Shown here in pieces: positions 30,497 to 39,345 of a stretch of 54,161 bases of DNA; the first letter of the stretch is position 1, and each line of letters begins with the position of its first letter. Source of the DNA: a virus (Duplodnaviria > Caudoviricetes); the IMG/VR virus record IMGVR_UViG_3300043446_003900, positions 1-54,161 of that record; one strand, given 5' to 3'. The notes under the pieces are model-generated. The model worked only from the letters and a program-made list of their open reading frames with translations, searched no databases and had not been told where the DNA came from. Made by a program: the position numbers and the translations under genes.

Positions 30497-30748
30497 CGTT
30501 CCGAGTCGGCTTACTTCCGTCCTATTCAGTTTTAGCACTTGATTTTCATAACATCCTTTCGGAGTTCTAATAGCAATCGGTCTTCTCTTCTTTGATCTAC
30601 TACATCGTCGTTTTTAACGATGTCCATTAGTTCCCACGCTGCGTCACAACTTATTGTCACTTGATTGGATTTGGAAAATTGTGGCGTAGAAATAGAAAGA
30701 AGTGGAACCCATGCCAAGAGCAAAAGTGCCTTAGTCATAGGATGAACG
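30497..30748 (-). ncRNA. glnA-motif glutamine riboswitch aptamer (upstream copy) with a ~210-nt P2 loop
   Basis: 5' half CGUUCA-UCCUAU (30748-30737); 3' half AUAGGA-CGGAAGUAAGCCGACUCGGAACG (30525-30497). P1 and P2 pair perfectly. Confidence 0.7.
30532..30738 (-). CDS. 68-aa protein with a hydrophobic, signal-like N-terminus, nested inside riboswitch P2
   Basis: Intact ORF that nearly fills the loop; ATG overlaps the 5' strand of P2; no Shine-Dalgarno. Confidence 0.65.
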   Translation of the reverse strand: MTKALLLLAWVPLLSISTPQFSKSNQVTISCDAAWELMDIVKNDDVVDQRREDRLLLELRKDVMKIKC

Positions 30749-30758
30749 TTAGAGGATT

Positions 30759-30788
30759 ATTATACCTCTAGTTACAATATATAGTCAA
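30759..30788 (-). promoter_or_regulatory. Sigma70-type promoter of the riboswitch transcript
   Basis: TTGACT-N18-TATAAT; predicted start about 30752-30750, immediately before aptamer 1. Confidence 0.75.
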
Positions 30789-30791
30789 GTT

Positions 30792-30807
30792 TGTATATTT
30801 AGATACA
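30792..30807. promoter_or_regulatory. Putative NtcA box (TGTA-N8-TACA) enclosing a late promoter CTAAATA
   Basis: Minus strand TGTATCTAAATATACA; a second one-mismatch site TGTAACTAGAGGTATA at 30776-30761 overlaps the -10. Confidence 0.6.
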
Positions 30808-30919
30808 TTTTAGTATCATTATTATACTAAAGAGCGAAAAAAATTTTAAAATCTTCACGAGGAAAAATTTACCGGAAAATTTTTTACCCTATCTGGGAAA
30901 ATAAAATCCAATTTTGGTT

Positions 30920-31246
30920 TTAACGTTCAATATAACTTAAGGTATGATTGGATGCATAAAGTTGATTAATAATCATATCACATCCAATTTTTGGATTACA
31001 GTCGCCACAAGTATAAACATCCACAGCTGCCTTACCTTCCTCAGGCCATGTATGAATACTAATATGACTCTCTGATAACAAACAGATTACAGTAACTCCT
31101 TGTGGTTCAAACTTCTTTGAAATAGTCTGAATTACATTGGCCCCGCTTGCAACTGCTGCGTTTTCTAATAAGTCTATAAGACATCTCTCGTCGTCCAAAA
31201 GAACAAACGAGCATCCATACAAGTTAAGTAGATAATGCTTTCCCAT
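30920..31246 (-). CDS. speD: S-adenosylmethionine decarboxylase proenzyme
   Basis: MGKHYLLNLYGC...FEPQGVT...LSESHISIHTWPE...VDVYTCG, including the pyruvoyl self-cleavage ESH site. Confidence 0.93.
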   Translation of the reverse strand: MGKHYLLNLYGCSFVLLDDERCLIDLLENAAVASGANVIQTISKKFEPQGVTVICLLSESHISIHTWPEEGKAAVDVYTCGDCNPKIGCDMIINQLYASNHTLSYIER

Positions 31247-31267
31247 TTATATCAATAAAAAAATAAT

Positions 31268-31642
31268 TTATTTTCTTTTTTTTCTATCTGGTATTTTATA
31301 TCCCCAGAGTTTTGGATTAGTTCTTCCATATCCAAAATCAATTTTTTGAATTGTTCCAGGACCAAATTTATCATAATAAAGATCAAAAATTCTAGATCTA
31401 GTTCCTCTACACAAGTCCATATGAACTTCTTCACCTACCTGATACCAAATTAGATATGCATCGTTAGGCCAAGAAGAATCTTTTACTTGATCAAGAGATC
31501 CATTTTCAACTAAAATTTGGCAACCATATCTAGGAGGAAGAACTTCCTTTTCTTCTTTTGTCCATTCAGTCATGTCCTCCTCCTTTTCCTGAGACCTTTG
31601 AGTTGCATTACGAAGTTTACTACTCATACACGATTTCCCCAC
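31268..31642 (-). CDS. Conserved cyanophage hypothetical protein
   Basis: DLCRG...IFDLYYDKF...IDFGYGRTNPKLWGY; exact start uncertain. Confidence 0.7.
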   Translation of the reverse strand: MGKSCMSSKLRNATQRSQEKEEDMTEWTKEEKEVLPPRYGCQILVENGSLDQVKDSSWPNDAYLIWYQVGEEVHMDLCRGTRSRIFDLYYDKFGPGTIQKIDFGYGRTNPKLWGYKIPDRKKRK

Positions 31643-32220
31643 TTAATATCAGGATAAGCCTGAGAAACAATTTCTTTTGTAATTTTATATTTTGTTTCCA
31701 ATTTTTTATCTTTAATTAGACAAACAATTTCCGCTTCGAGTGGATGAAGTCCTTCAAGAATATTAATAAACATAGTTTCTCTACGAATGGAACTTAATCC
31801 ATCATTACCACCTTTAATAAAATTATAGAACATTTTATATTCTTTTCTGATTGAAGATCTACCCTGATCCTGAGATCCAAGGGAGTTAGTTCCAATCTCG
31901 CCCATTTTTCCAACAGCATCACTAATTTTTCCAGACAAAGTTCCACTAAATGAATTTTGTTCTTTTGTACTTGCATAAGGAACTTCACCTTCTGGGAGAA
32001 GTGAAATTATAGATTCATCAAAATTCCAAATAAAAATAGCCTTTAAAGAAGGATCTTCATATTTTTTTAGAAATTCTATCTTTTTTGCATTTGATCTCTG
32101 TTTAGAAACAAGAGATAAAACTTCAAATGCAAAAGGATTAGATGGTAAATTCTCCGATTCTTGAGTTGTTGTCTTTGTTGTTTTGGAAGATGTAGTTATA
32201 GTATTACTCTTCTTCGCCAT
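31624..32220 (-). CDS. Conserved T4-like phage hypothetical protein
   Basis: Probable start MAKKSNT; IWNFDES...LPEGEVPY...RRETMFINILEGLHP.EAE. Confidence 0.75.
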   Translation of the reverse strand: MAKKSNTITTSSKTTKTTTQESENLPSNPFAFEVLSLVSKQRSNAKKIEFLKKYEDPSLKAIFIWNFDESIISLLPEGEVPYASTKEQNSFSGTLSGKISDAVGKMGEIGTNSLGSQDQGRSSIRKEYKMFYNFIKGGNDGLSSIRRETMFINILEGLHPLEAEIVCLIKDKKLETKYKITKEIVSQAYPDIKWGNRV

Positions 32221-32434
32221 TGAATTCTTCGTCATTGTCATAATAGTTCTCAAAATTAAATGCAATTACCTCATCTGGAATTAAATTTCCTTGATTATCA
32301 AACATTTCGGGGTGAGGTCTTGGAATTTCCCGATAGTTCATCATATATTCTCTAGCAACCCATCCACCTATAAGTCCCACTATAAAAAATAAAACGGTTA
32401 AAAATGAACCGAATACTAGACTAACTGCTAACAT
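32204..32434 (-). CDS. Small membrane protein (DUF2973-like)
   Basis: N-terminal hydrophobic helix and HPEMFDNQG motif. Confidence 0.65.
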   Translation of the reverse strand: MLAVSLVFGSFLTVLFFIVGLIGGWVAREYMMNYREIPRPHPEMFDNQGNLIPDEVIAFNFENYYDNDEEFNGEEE

Positions 32435-32672
32435 TTTTTTTACCTCGGGAAACTACTTTTCTTTTCCTGGATTTGAAGGAAAATTCAAAATAAATGGTTA
32501 CTTCCCGATTTAGAAAGCAAACCATCTTTTCAAAGATGATATGAAACGGTTGAGTTTGCTTTCTTTTACCTCCATTAAGAATAAATTCAACACCACGATT
32601 TCTGTGGTTTTCTTTTTTATTTAGGTCATGATTAAATGATTTGCTGTTCCTTGAGGAATTTGATTGTGTCAA
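32421..32672 (-). CDS. Hypothetical basic protein
   Basis: ORF filling the gap between glutaredoxin and the membrane protein; NRGVEFIL.GG motif. Confidence 0.55.
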   Translation of the reverse strand: MTQSNSSRNSKSFNHDLNKKENHRNRGVEFILNGGKRKQTQPFHIIFEKMVCFLNREVTIYFEFSFKSRKRKVVSRGKKNVSS

Positions 32673-32868
32673 CTGATCCTCCTATTTTTATATCATTACA
32701 AATAACTTGTGGAAATGTAGATCCTTCTCCAAATTCTGCATAAAATTGTTCTTTATTAAACTCCTTATCAAGAGTATAAGTAACGTATTTTTGATTTGTC
32801 AATTCTAACACGTTTTTGACTTTATCGCAATATGGACATCCTGGTTTTGAGTAAACTGTAAAATTCAT
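32632..32868 (-). CDS. nrdC: Glutaredoxin
   Basis: CPYC active site, TFPQV, IGG. Confidence 0.92.
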   Translation of the reverse strand: MNFTVYSKPGCPYCDKVKNVLELTNQKYVTYTLDKEFNKEQFYAEFGEGSTFPQVICNDIKIGGSVDTIKFLKEQQII

Positions 32869-32894
32869 AATTGAAATGTGTAATTTTTATATAG

Positions 32895-33653
32895 TTAAAA
32901 TCCCAAATACTTTCTACGAACAAAGTTTAAATCATATGAATTATTAGAAATTGAAATGTTTGGATTATTAAATGGAAATTTATATGGTTGACTAATCAAC
33001 CAAGGAGAGTCATCAACATTTGGATTATAACCCCATTTATCACAAATATAATATTGATTACTTTCATTGGAGTAAAAAAGTCTTTTTTCTAAAGTTAACT
33101 CAGTTCTCCAAGTATGACTTCCCATTTTATTAAATTTTTCATGTTTTTTTTCAGTATAATTAATATCAATTTTTTTATTTAAAAGTTTATAGTAGTAATC
33201 AACATCTTCACAATAGGCTGGATAATAATTTTCATCAAACAACCCACACTCTTGAATAACATTGTCTTTAATTGTAAATAATTCCCAATTTTTTTCAGCA
33301 GACTGTAAAAATTTATTGTTGGGATCTATCATTTTCTCATAAATTTCCATAAGAAGTCCATTAGGAAAAGTAATATCATGATTACATATAATCCAGTATG
33401 GACACATTAAGTAGCATTTAATAATTAAGTTCCATGATGCTGCACAACCAATATTTGAAGGTAAATGACTGACTCTTACCCTGTTTATATATTTGTAACT
33501 TTTTTTACAAATTATATCAAGACTTTCATTTATTTGATTTCTACCATTGTTATTAACAATAAAAACTTCATTTACTGGATAATCAATACTTTGTATTAAA
33601 TTTTCTAATAAATCAACACCATTAACAATTGGTATTCCAATAACTGGTATCAT
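32895..33653 (-). CDS. GT2-like glycosyltransferase
   Basis: IVNN...NIGCAASWN...NHDI...GLFDENYYPAYCEDVDY. Confidence 0.82.
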   Translation of the reverse strand: MIPVIGIPIVNGVDLLENLIQSIDYPVNEVFIVNNNGRNQINESLDIICKKSYKYINRVRVSHLPSNIGCAASWNLIIKCYLMCPYWIICNHDITFPNGLLMEIYEKMIDPNNKFLQSAEKNWELFTIKDNVIQECGLFDENYYPAYCEDVDYYYKLLNKKIDINYTEKKHEKFNKMGSHTWRTELTLEKRLFYSNESNQYYICDKWGYNPNVDDSPWLISQPYKFPFNNPNISISNNSYDLNFVRRKYLGF

Positions 33654-35791
33654 ATCTCAACACCCATCTTAGCAAGATTATTGATCAAAATATCCTTATC
33701 TTTTTCAGAAACTGTATATTCTTTTAAAATATTTAAAAGTAAAGATCTAGATTCTTCAACTTTACCCCACCACCATCCAGAAACACCCTTTGCAAATAAA
33801 ATTCCCTGTTTACCAGGATATTCAACATCGGTTTTTAATGGTGGAAGATTAAAATCACAATGAATTAATGCAAGTTCGGCAGTTGAATAACAATCTTGCC
33901 ACCACTCACGCTTTTGAGCAAATCTTGCCAGTAAGAAATATGCTTCTGGGCGACTTGGTAAAAACATTTGTGCTTGCCATAATAATGATCTTGCACTACC
34001 GTCTCTTGTACCTTGTTTATCATAACAATAAGATGCACGAATTAATGCCTCATATGCAAGAGTAGGATCAGAGTTTGTTGCTCTTTCAGCGCACCTTAGA
34101 AAATATGAGAGAGCTGGGGCAGTGTGTCCTTGATTTTCATACCAAACTCCAAGATTAAAATTATGATCTGGATTTTCTGTATCTAAAGAATATGCTTCTA
34201 AAAGATTTTCAAGTTCTGTTTTTTCAGTAAAAGAACTAATTTTGTTTTTAGATTTCCAATATTCTAATACAGATTTACTTGCATGATAATGATTTCTTTT
34301 TTGTCCGACATTAACGTCATTATCTTGTTCTTTTGTAAATGTAGATTCTAATTCAACTTCTTCTACAAAAAGAGGAACAGTATAACATTTACCCAAAGTA
34401 GTAAATAATATATTTTCAATTAAAGGCATCACATTAGAATTAGGTATCTCTAAAAAGTAAACATCACCTTTAATATAAGTGTCTATTATTTTTTTAGCAT
34501 AATCCCTTGTTATGATATAGGCGGTAGCACTCCAATCGTCCCAATATCTTTCTCTTACTTTAAAGTTCCCAAAGTCTTCCCGAATAGTAACCAACTGAAC
34601 AACATCCCAATCATTAGGGAGATTTTTTATAAATTCTTCCCAAGTAAAGTCCCAGTATTGAACTGTCTCTAAACTAAGATCATCCTCACAAAAAAATGCA
34701 TATTCGTCTTCAGTTTCATCATACCATTTTTTAATTGCTTTCAAATGAGAAACACAACAACCTGCAGTGCCAGAATTTAATTGGAAAAGATATTTTCCGA
34801 CAACAGTATCATTAGATTCTGAAAATCTTTTTGAAACAATTGGTTCAATTTTTATTCCATAATTTAAAAACTGATCATTAATATTTTTTTGCCTATCCTT
34901 ACTTTCCTCAAGTGTCATAAAATATGCTTTTGGAAACCCTTTTAAATTATTAAATTTATCATTCTCTTCGTTTGATGCAATATAAAATTGATTATTAATT
35001 TTATTAACGGTCCATTCAATATCAGATTTAAAATAATAATGTTTAATCTCAGATAAAGATTTTTGTCGGTTTATTTCAATATGCTGTTGAGCCATAACAT
35101 ATTCGGTCTGCCAATCAAGTTCTTCTCCATTATAATAAGAAGCCAACATATTACGAACATTCATTTCCAAATTTTTATCGGTATGATAAGCTTCAAAATT
35201 TTCTAATCTTTTTTTATCGGAATGAGGAATATGAATAATTTTATGATTATTTTCAATTTTTTGTTTTCTCAATCCCAAAAGTTCTAAACGATGAGTTAAT
35301 TCATCATCTTCATAAGCATAGTATTTAATATGTACATCATTATAACCACCAACTTTTATGTAATTTTCTCTTGTGACATATAAAAGTCCTCTTAAATATT
35401 TAAAGTATGGACTTGAATTAATTTCAATTTGCTCATAATCATTTTGACCACACAAAAATGATTGATCATCAATTTTATAATGTTCAAAAAAATTATAATA
35501 AGGATTCAAAATATAATCAGTATCAACTTTAAGAATATATTTTCCAGTTGCAATATTTGCAGCAAGGTTTAAAGGTTGAGGTTGATTAAAATATTCTTTA
35601 TTTGGGACACTTATAATTTTAATTCTTTGATCCCATTCCGTTAATTCTTCAAGAGATTCATCAGAACTCCAATCAACAATAATAATCTCTGTTATTTCTT
35701 TAAATAACAACCAAGAAGAAAGAGAAATTTTGAGAGGTGCATTTCTATTTTTACATGCACAAATTAATGAAACAGTCATATTAAAATCCAT
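33650..35791 (-). CDS. Multidomain glycosyltransferase: GT2/GT7-like + GT25-like + TPR
   Basis: IIIVDWSS...KVDTD...GGY...YEDDEL; then GCCVSHLKA...CEDD...WSATAY; C-terminal TPR-like helices (PSRPEAYF.LA). Confidence 0.8.
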   Translation of the reverse strand: MDFNMTVSLICACKNRNAPLKISLSSWLLFKEITEIIIVDWSSDESLEELTEWDQRIKIISVPNKEYFNQPQPLNLAANIATGKYILKVDTDYILNPYYNFFEHYKIDDQSFLCGQNDYEQIEINSSPYFKYLRGLLYVTRENYIKVGGYNDVHIKYYAYEDDELTHRLELLGLRKQKIENNHKIIHIPHSDKKRLENFEAYHTDKNLEMNVRNMLASYYNGEELDWQTEYVMAQQHIEINRQKSLSEIKHYYFKSDIEWTVNKINNQFYIASNEENDKFNNLKGFPKAYFMTLEESKDRQKNINDQFLNYGIKIEPIVSKRFSESNDTVVGKYLFQLNSGTAGCCVSHLKAIKKWYDETEDEYAFFCEDDLSLETVQYWDFTWEEFIKNLPNDWDVVQLVTIREDFGNFKVRERYWDDWSATAYIITRDYAKKIIDTYIKGDVYFLEIPNSNVMPLIENILFTTLGKCYTVPLFVEEVELESTFTKEQDNDVNVGQKRNHYHASKSVLEYWKSKNKISSFTEKTELENLLEAYSLDTENPDHNFNLGVWYENQGHTAPALSYFLRCAERATNSDPTLAYEALIRASYCYDKQGTRDGSARSLLWQAQMFLPSRPEAYFLLARFAQKREWWQDCYSTAELALIHCDFNLPPLKTDVEYPGKQGILFAKGVSGWWWGKVEESRSLLLNILKEYTVSEKDKDILINNLAKMGVEI

Positions 35792-36627
35792 TCGTCAGGA
35801 CAAACATCTTTAGATTCCCAAATAGTACCATCTTTATATGGGTTCCAAGTAAGTTGAGATATTTCATGCCACTCTTTTGTATCATGAATATAATTATTAT
35901 ACCACTTTTTTGGTGCTATAACTTTATTACTATCTGCTAACCAGGCACCCCACCAAGCAAAAGTACTATTTGAAACTATATGATATTTACACATGCTCAT
36001 CAAACACAAATCTACAAATTGATTTGGAGCACTCGAAAAAGAAAATCTAGATCCAAAAAAAATATTTTGTTTTTTACAGTATTCTATATCATCAGAAACA
36101 ATCAAAACTGGTATTCTTTTATCAAAACAAGACAAAGATTTTTTATAATATTCCAAATCAATTGGTTTCATAATACTATGATCTTTGTTATCAGATACTC
36201 TGATATGTAAAGACATAACTTCATTATTACAAAATAAACTATCAAATAACTCTCTAGACTTTTCAAAAATATCTTTTTTGAAAGTATAATGCTTTTTAAT
36301 TTCTTCTTTTATATGTAAAAAATATTTTTCAGATTGAAAAAATCCAAGAATATCCTTATTAGGTGGACACTCATTAAAAAATTTTTGATCAAAAATATGC
36401 AAATCGGGAGATATTCTTTCAAAAGGTGACCATTCTGTTATTTTTTCTTGAAAATTATCAAGTTCAAAACAATCATAAAGATGAATATGATTTATAGTGT
36501 TTGGAGGAAGGACATAATCATAACCATGATGCTTTGATATTCCTAAAAATGCAGCATATTGAAACATCTGGTTTCCAAGTCTACCTAAATGCCCAAGATA
36601 ATTATAACTTAAAATTTTCTGTTCCAT
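35776..36627 (-). CDS. GT11 alpha-1,2-fucosyltransferase-like protein
   Basis: GRLGNQMFQYA, GFFQSEKYF, HIR, SDD and DL.LMS.C...I.SNSTF.WWGAWL motifs. Confidence 0.88.
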   Translation of the reverse strand: MEQKILSYNYLGHLGRLGNQMFQYAAFLGISKHHGYDYVLPPNTINHIHLYDCFELDNFQEKITEWSPFERISPDLHIFDQKFFNECPPNKDILGFFQSEKYFLHIKEEIKKHYTFKKDIFEKSRELFDSLFCNNEVMSLHIRVSDNKDHSIMKPIDLEYYKKSLSCFDKRIPVLIVSDDIEYCKKQNIFFGSRFSFSSAPNQFVDLCLMSMCKYHIVSNSTFAWWGAWLADSNKVIAPKKWYNNYIHDTKEWHEISQLTWNPYKDGTIWESKDVCPDEWILI

Positions 36628-37504
36628 TTAATTGCCCCAATTCATTAAATTGAAATATATTATTTGAATTTCCTCGGTATAAAATAGAAAATAAAGCACC
36701 ATTACCAGTATGTAACACTAAGTATTTTGATTGAGAAATAATACGAATTGCTGCTTCAAGATTTTGTGACAGTGCAATTGGATCAATTACTGTTGTACTA
36801 TCTTCAAAAAAATTCATCCAACGATTAGGAATTGATTCCATTTTTACGGTATCATTACCTGTTTTAGTTGTAGTCGGTATTTCTTTAAAATAAAATGCTT
36901 TATCTCCAAATTCATTCAAAAAATAATCTAATACTTGTTTCTGATCTGTTTGAATTAATATTCTATAATCTGGATTTTTAGACAAAATATTTTTAGCAAC
37001 TTCTGCATATTTTTTTGGTTCTGCAATTGAAACCTCAGTAAATTTATCAGTTCCCCTATAAAAAATAGAAATTGTTTTTTCTAGATCTATATGATAATTA
37101 TATTTTAAATTATCAATTATGCTAAGAATTCTTTCACTAGGTAAAAAATATTTGTTAATAATTTGATTATATTCAAAAAATGGTAAAGTATTAATTACAT
37201 TATTAGATGTTTCATTTGCACTGACTCTATAAAGATTTTTCCAAATAGGAAGTTCTTGATCAGGATTTAACTTATAAAAAAATGGATAAATGTCTTGTTT
37301 TGGATTCAATTTATAGTTTTTAAATCCATGCTCAAAACTAATATTATCCGGAGAAATACCATGAGATAATAAAGTCAATATTGCAGAAAATGTTTGATGA
37401 ACATTTGAATAAAATCCAGAATTCCACAAGCATTCCAATTTATTTTCATAAATTCCTAGCATTTCAACATAGCAATTAATATATCTACAATTATACAATA
37501 ACAT
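36602..37504 (-). CDS. NodZ/O-fucosyltransferase-like protein
   Basis: SGFYS...YRGTDK...LIQTD motifs of GT-B fucosyltransferases. Confidence 0.6.
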   Translation of the reverse strand: MLLYNCRYINCYVEMLGIYENKLECLWNSGFYSNVHQTFSAILTLLSHGISPDNISFEHGFKNYKLNPKQDIYPFFYKLNPDQELPIWKNLYRVSANETSNNVINTLPFFEYNQIINKYFLPSERILSIIDNLKYNYHIDLEKTISIFYRGTDKFTEVSIAEPKKYAEVAKNILSKNPDYRILIQTDQKQVLDYFLNEFGDKAFYFKEIPTTTKTGNDTVKMESIPNRWMNFFEDSTTVIDPIALSQNLEAAIRIISQSKYLVLHTGNGALFSILYRGNSNNIFQFNELGQLNGTENFKL

Positions 37505-37505
37505 A

Positions 37506-38246
37506 TTATTCTTGTAAATATTTTTTCATCCAAACATCAGTTATATGCATACTTTCATATAAGTTTTCAATATAAACACTATCATCTCGTTTTCTATGAT
37601 AATACTCAAAATCATCAACAACTTTATAATTATTACCACCCTTTAACCAATAATAAGAAAAAGCAATCACGTCAGCAGCAAATACTTCCGAATAATCAGA
37701 AAAAAATTCTTTTTGAGTACGAATATATTCATGTTTGTTGACAATAAAATTTCCCCCATTTAGTATCATACAAATAGGATCAGTAATATTTACACCAGTT
37801 TTAACTAAATTTTTAACAAAATCAAAATTTATTTTATCAAACATATTATATTTGACATCTGTTCCAAAAGGAAATACTTTTGAAATTTTTGGAAAATATA
37901 AATTTTTTGGATCATAATCTAGTTTTTTTATTACATTTAATGTAGATATTTCAAAATAATTATCACTGTCTAAAAGATAAATCCAATCATTTTTACAGTT
38001 TTCAATTGTTCTATACTTATTTCTATACGGTCCAAAATTATTTTTATTATGAATTACTTTAATCTTATTTGAATTATTAAGACTAGAAATTATTTTATAA
38101 ACATTTAAAATATGAGTTTGTTTCGAATTATCATCGCAAATAATTATTTCGTCAATGAAATCACTATGTAAAGCAATTTTTACAGCATCAAATATGTATT
38201 GAGAGGAATTAAAAAAAGGTATTCCTAAAGAAATTTTATCAATCAT
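37506..38246 (-). CDS. GT2 glycosyltransferase
   Basis: IPFFN...IIICDDNS...NFG...WIYLLDSDN. Confidence 0.85.
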   Translation of the reverse strand: MIDKISLGIPFFNSSQYIFDAVKIALHSDFIDEIIICDDNSKQTHILNVYKIISSLNNSNKIKVIHNKNNFGPYRNKYRTIENCKNDWIYLLDSDNYFEISTLNVIKKLDYDPKNLYFPKISKVFPFGTDVKYNMFDKINFDFVKNLVKTGVNITDPICMILNGGNFIVNKHEYIRTQKEFFSDYSEVFAADVIAFSYYWLKGGNNYKVVDDFEYYHRKRDDSVYIENLYESMHITDVWMKKYLQE

Positions 38247-39226
38247 TCTTCAAAAATATAACGGTTAACAAAGTCCTTATTAACTCTTAAAACATAAGCA
38301 GCATTGTCTTGAAATCCAAAAGTGATCAAATAATCATTACCATATTCACACATACCAACAGCAAATTCAATCTCCGCTTCCAAGAAAGAAAATCTCCTCG
38401 AAACTTTTACAATATTCCAATCTTTATCCCAAACAATAAAACGATGTCGGTATGTTCCATCTTTTCTACCTGCAGGACTTTTAAACAAAAATGTTTCATG
38501 ATTAAGTGCCAACCTATACTCACCAAATGGAATTACTTGAGATCCACCCCGAAGATCAATACACCCCAAATCTTTCCAATCTTTTACCTTAATCTGAGTT
38601 GTTTGTCCATTGTGAATATCATATTTAACAACTTCAGTACCATTTGTCCACTTTACAAAGTGGTACGGCAAATCGAGAATTGGCATCCAATTCTTTTCAC
38701 AATAAGAATTATTATCACCTGGTGTTGGAATGCGATGTTGATTCAATTCCTTGACTTGCCCATCAATAATTTCAATTTCGCATAATTCCATTCTTCCAGT
38801 ACCAATGGTGTCAAGATCTCTTCTTACACCACAAGTATAAAGTTTTCCTTCCCACCTAAAAATACGAGCGTCTTCAAGACCAACAAACTCCCAAAGTTCT
38901 TTATCAGGATGTTTAGAAGTATCAATATGAGTATGCCATTTGAGTCTCATATTTTCATCAAGTTCACCAATTACATTCCAAGTACGAAGACGTAAATCAT
39001 TTTCGGGATGAATATAAACTAATGGACCCCAGTGATGCTCAAATATTTTTTTCTCAGAATGATAAAGAGTATAATTGATGTTTCTAAGATTTACAATAAG
39101 TCTACCATTATCATTGTAAATGGAAGGATTTGTAATTGCAGGTCCCTTTAAATCTGTTGAAGGAATAATTAAAGGATGAATAGATCCTCCATTTTCCAAT
39201 GCAAGTTTTACAAAATTTTCACTCAT
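38243..39226 (-). CDS. GH130-like five-bladed propeller glycosidase/phosphorylase
   Basis: NPSI, GLEDARIF, EKNWMP, RGGSQ, IEFAVG and FGFQD motifs. Confidence 0.65.
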   Translation of the reverse strand: MSENFVKLALENGGSIHPLIIPSTDLKGPAITNPSIYNDNGRLIVNLRNINYTLYHSEKKIFEHHWGPLVYIHPENDLRLRTWNVIGELDENMRLKWHTHIDTSKHPDKELWEFVGLEDARIFRWEGKLYTCGVRRDLDTIGTGRMELCEIEIIDGQVKELNQHRIPTPGDNNSYCEKNWMPILDLPYHFVKWTNGTEVVKYDIHNGQTTQIKVKDWKDLGCIDLRGGSQVIPFGEYRLALNHETFLFKSPAGRKDGTYRHRFIVWDKDWNIVKVSRRFSFLEAEIEFAVGMCEYGNDYLITFGFQDNAAYVLRVNKDFVNRYIFEE

Positions 39227-39259
39227 AAATAATTTTTAACCACAAGAATAAGTTCAAAA

Positions 39260-39282
39260 TATTTAGTTTTAATATTATAGCA
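39260..39282 (-). promoter_or_regulatory. Tandem extended -10 (TGCTATAAT) and late (CTAAATA) promoters for the glycosyltransferase gene string
   Basis: Minus strand TGCTATAATATTAAAACTAAATA. Confidence 0.65.
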
Positions 39283-39345
39283 CAAAAAATTCACTATCCG
39301 AAATATTGAGAAATAATTTTAAATGTATTCTTTGTCTGCCTCACA

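Noticed and set aside
30813-30827. Third NtcA-like site GTA-N9-TAC
   Set aside because: The spacer is 9 nt, not 8.
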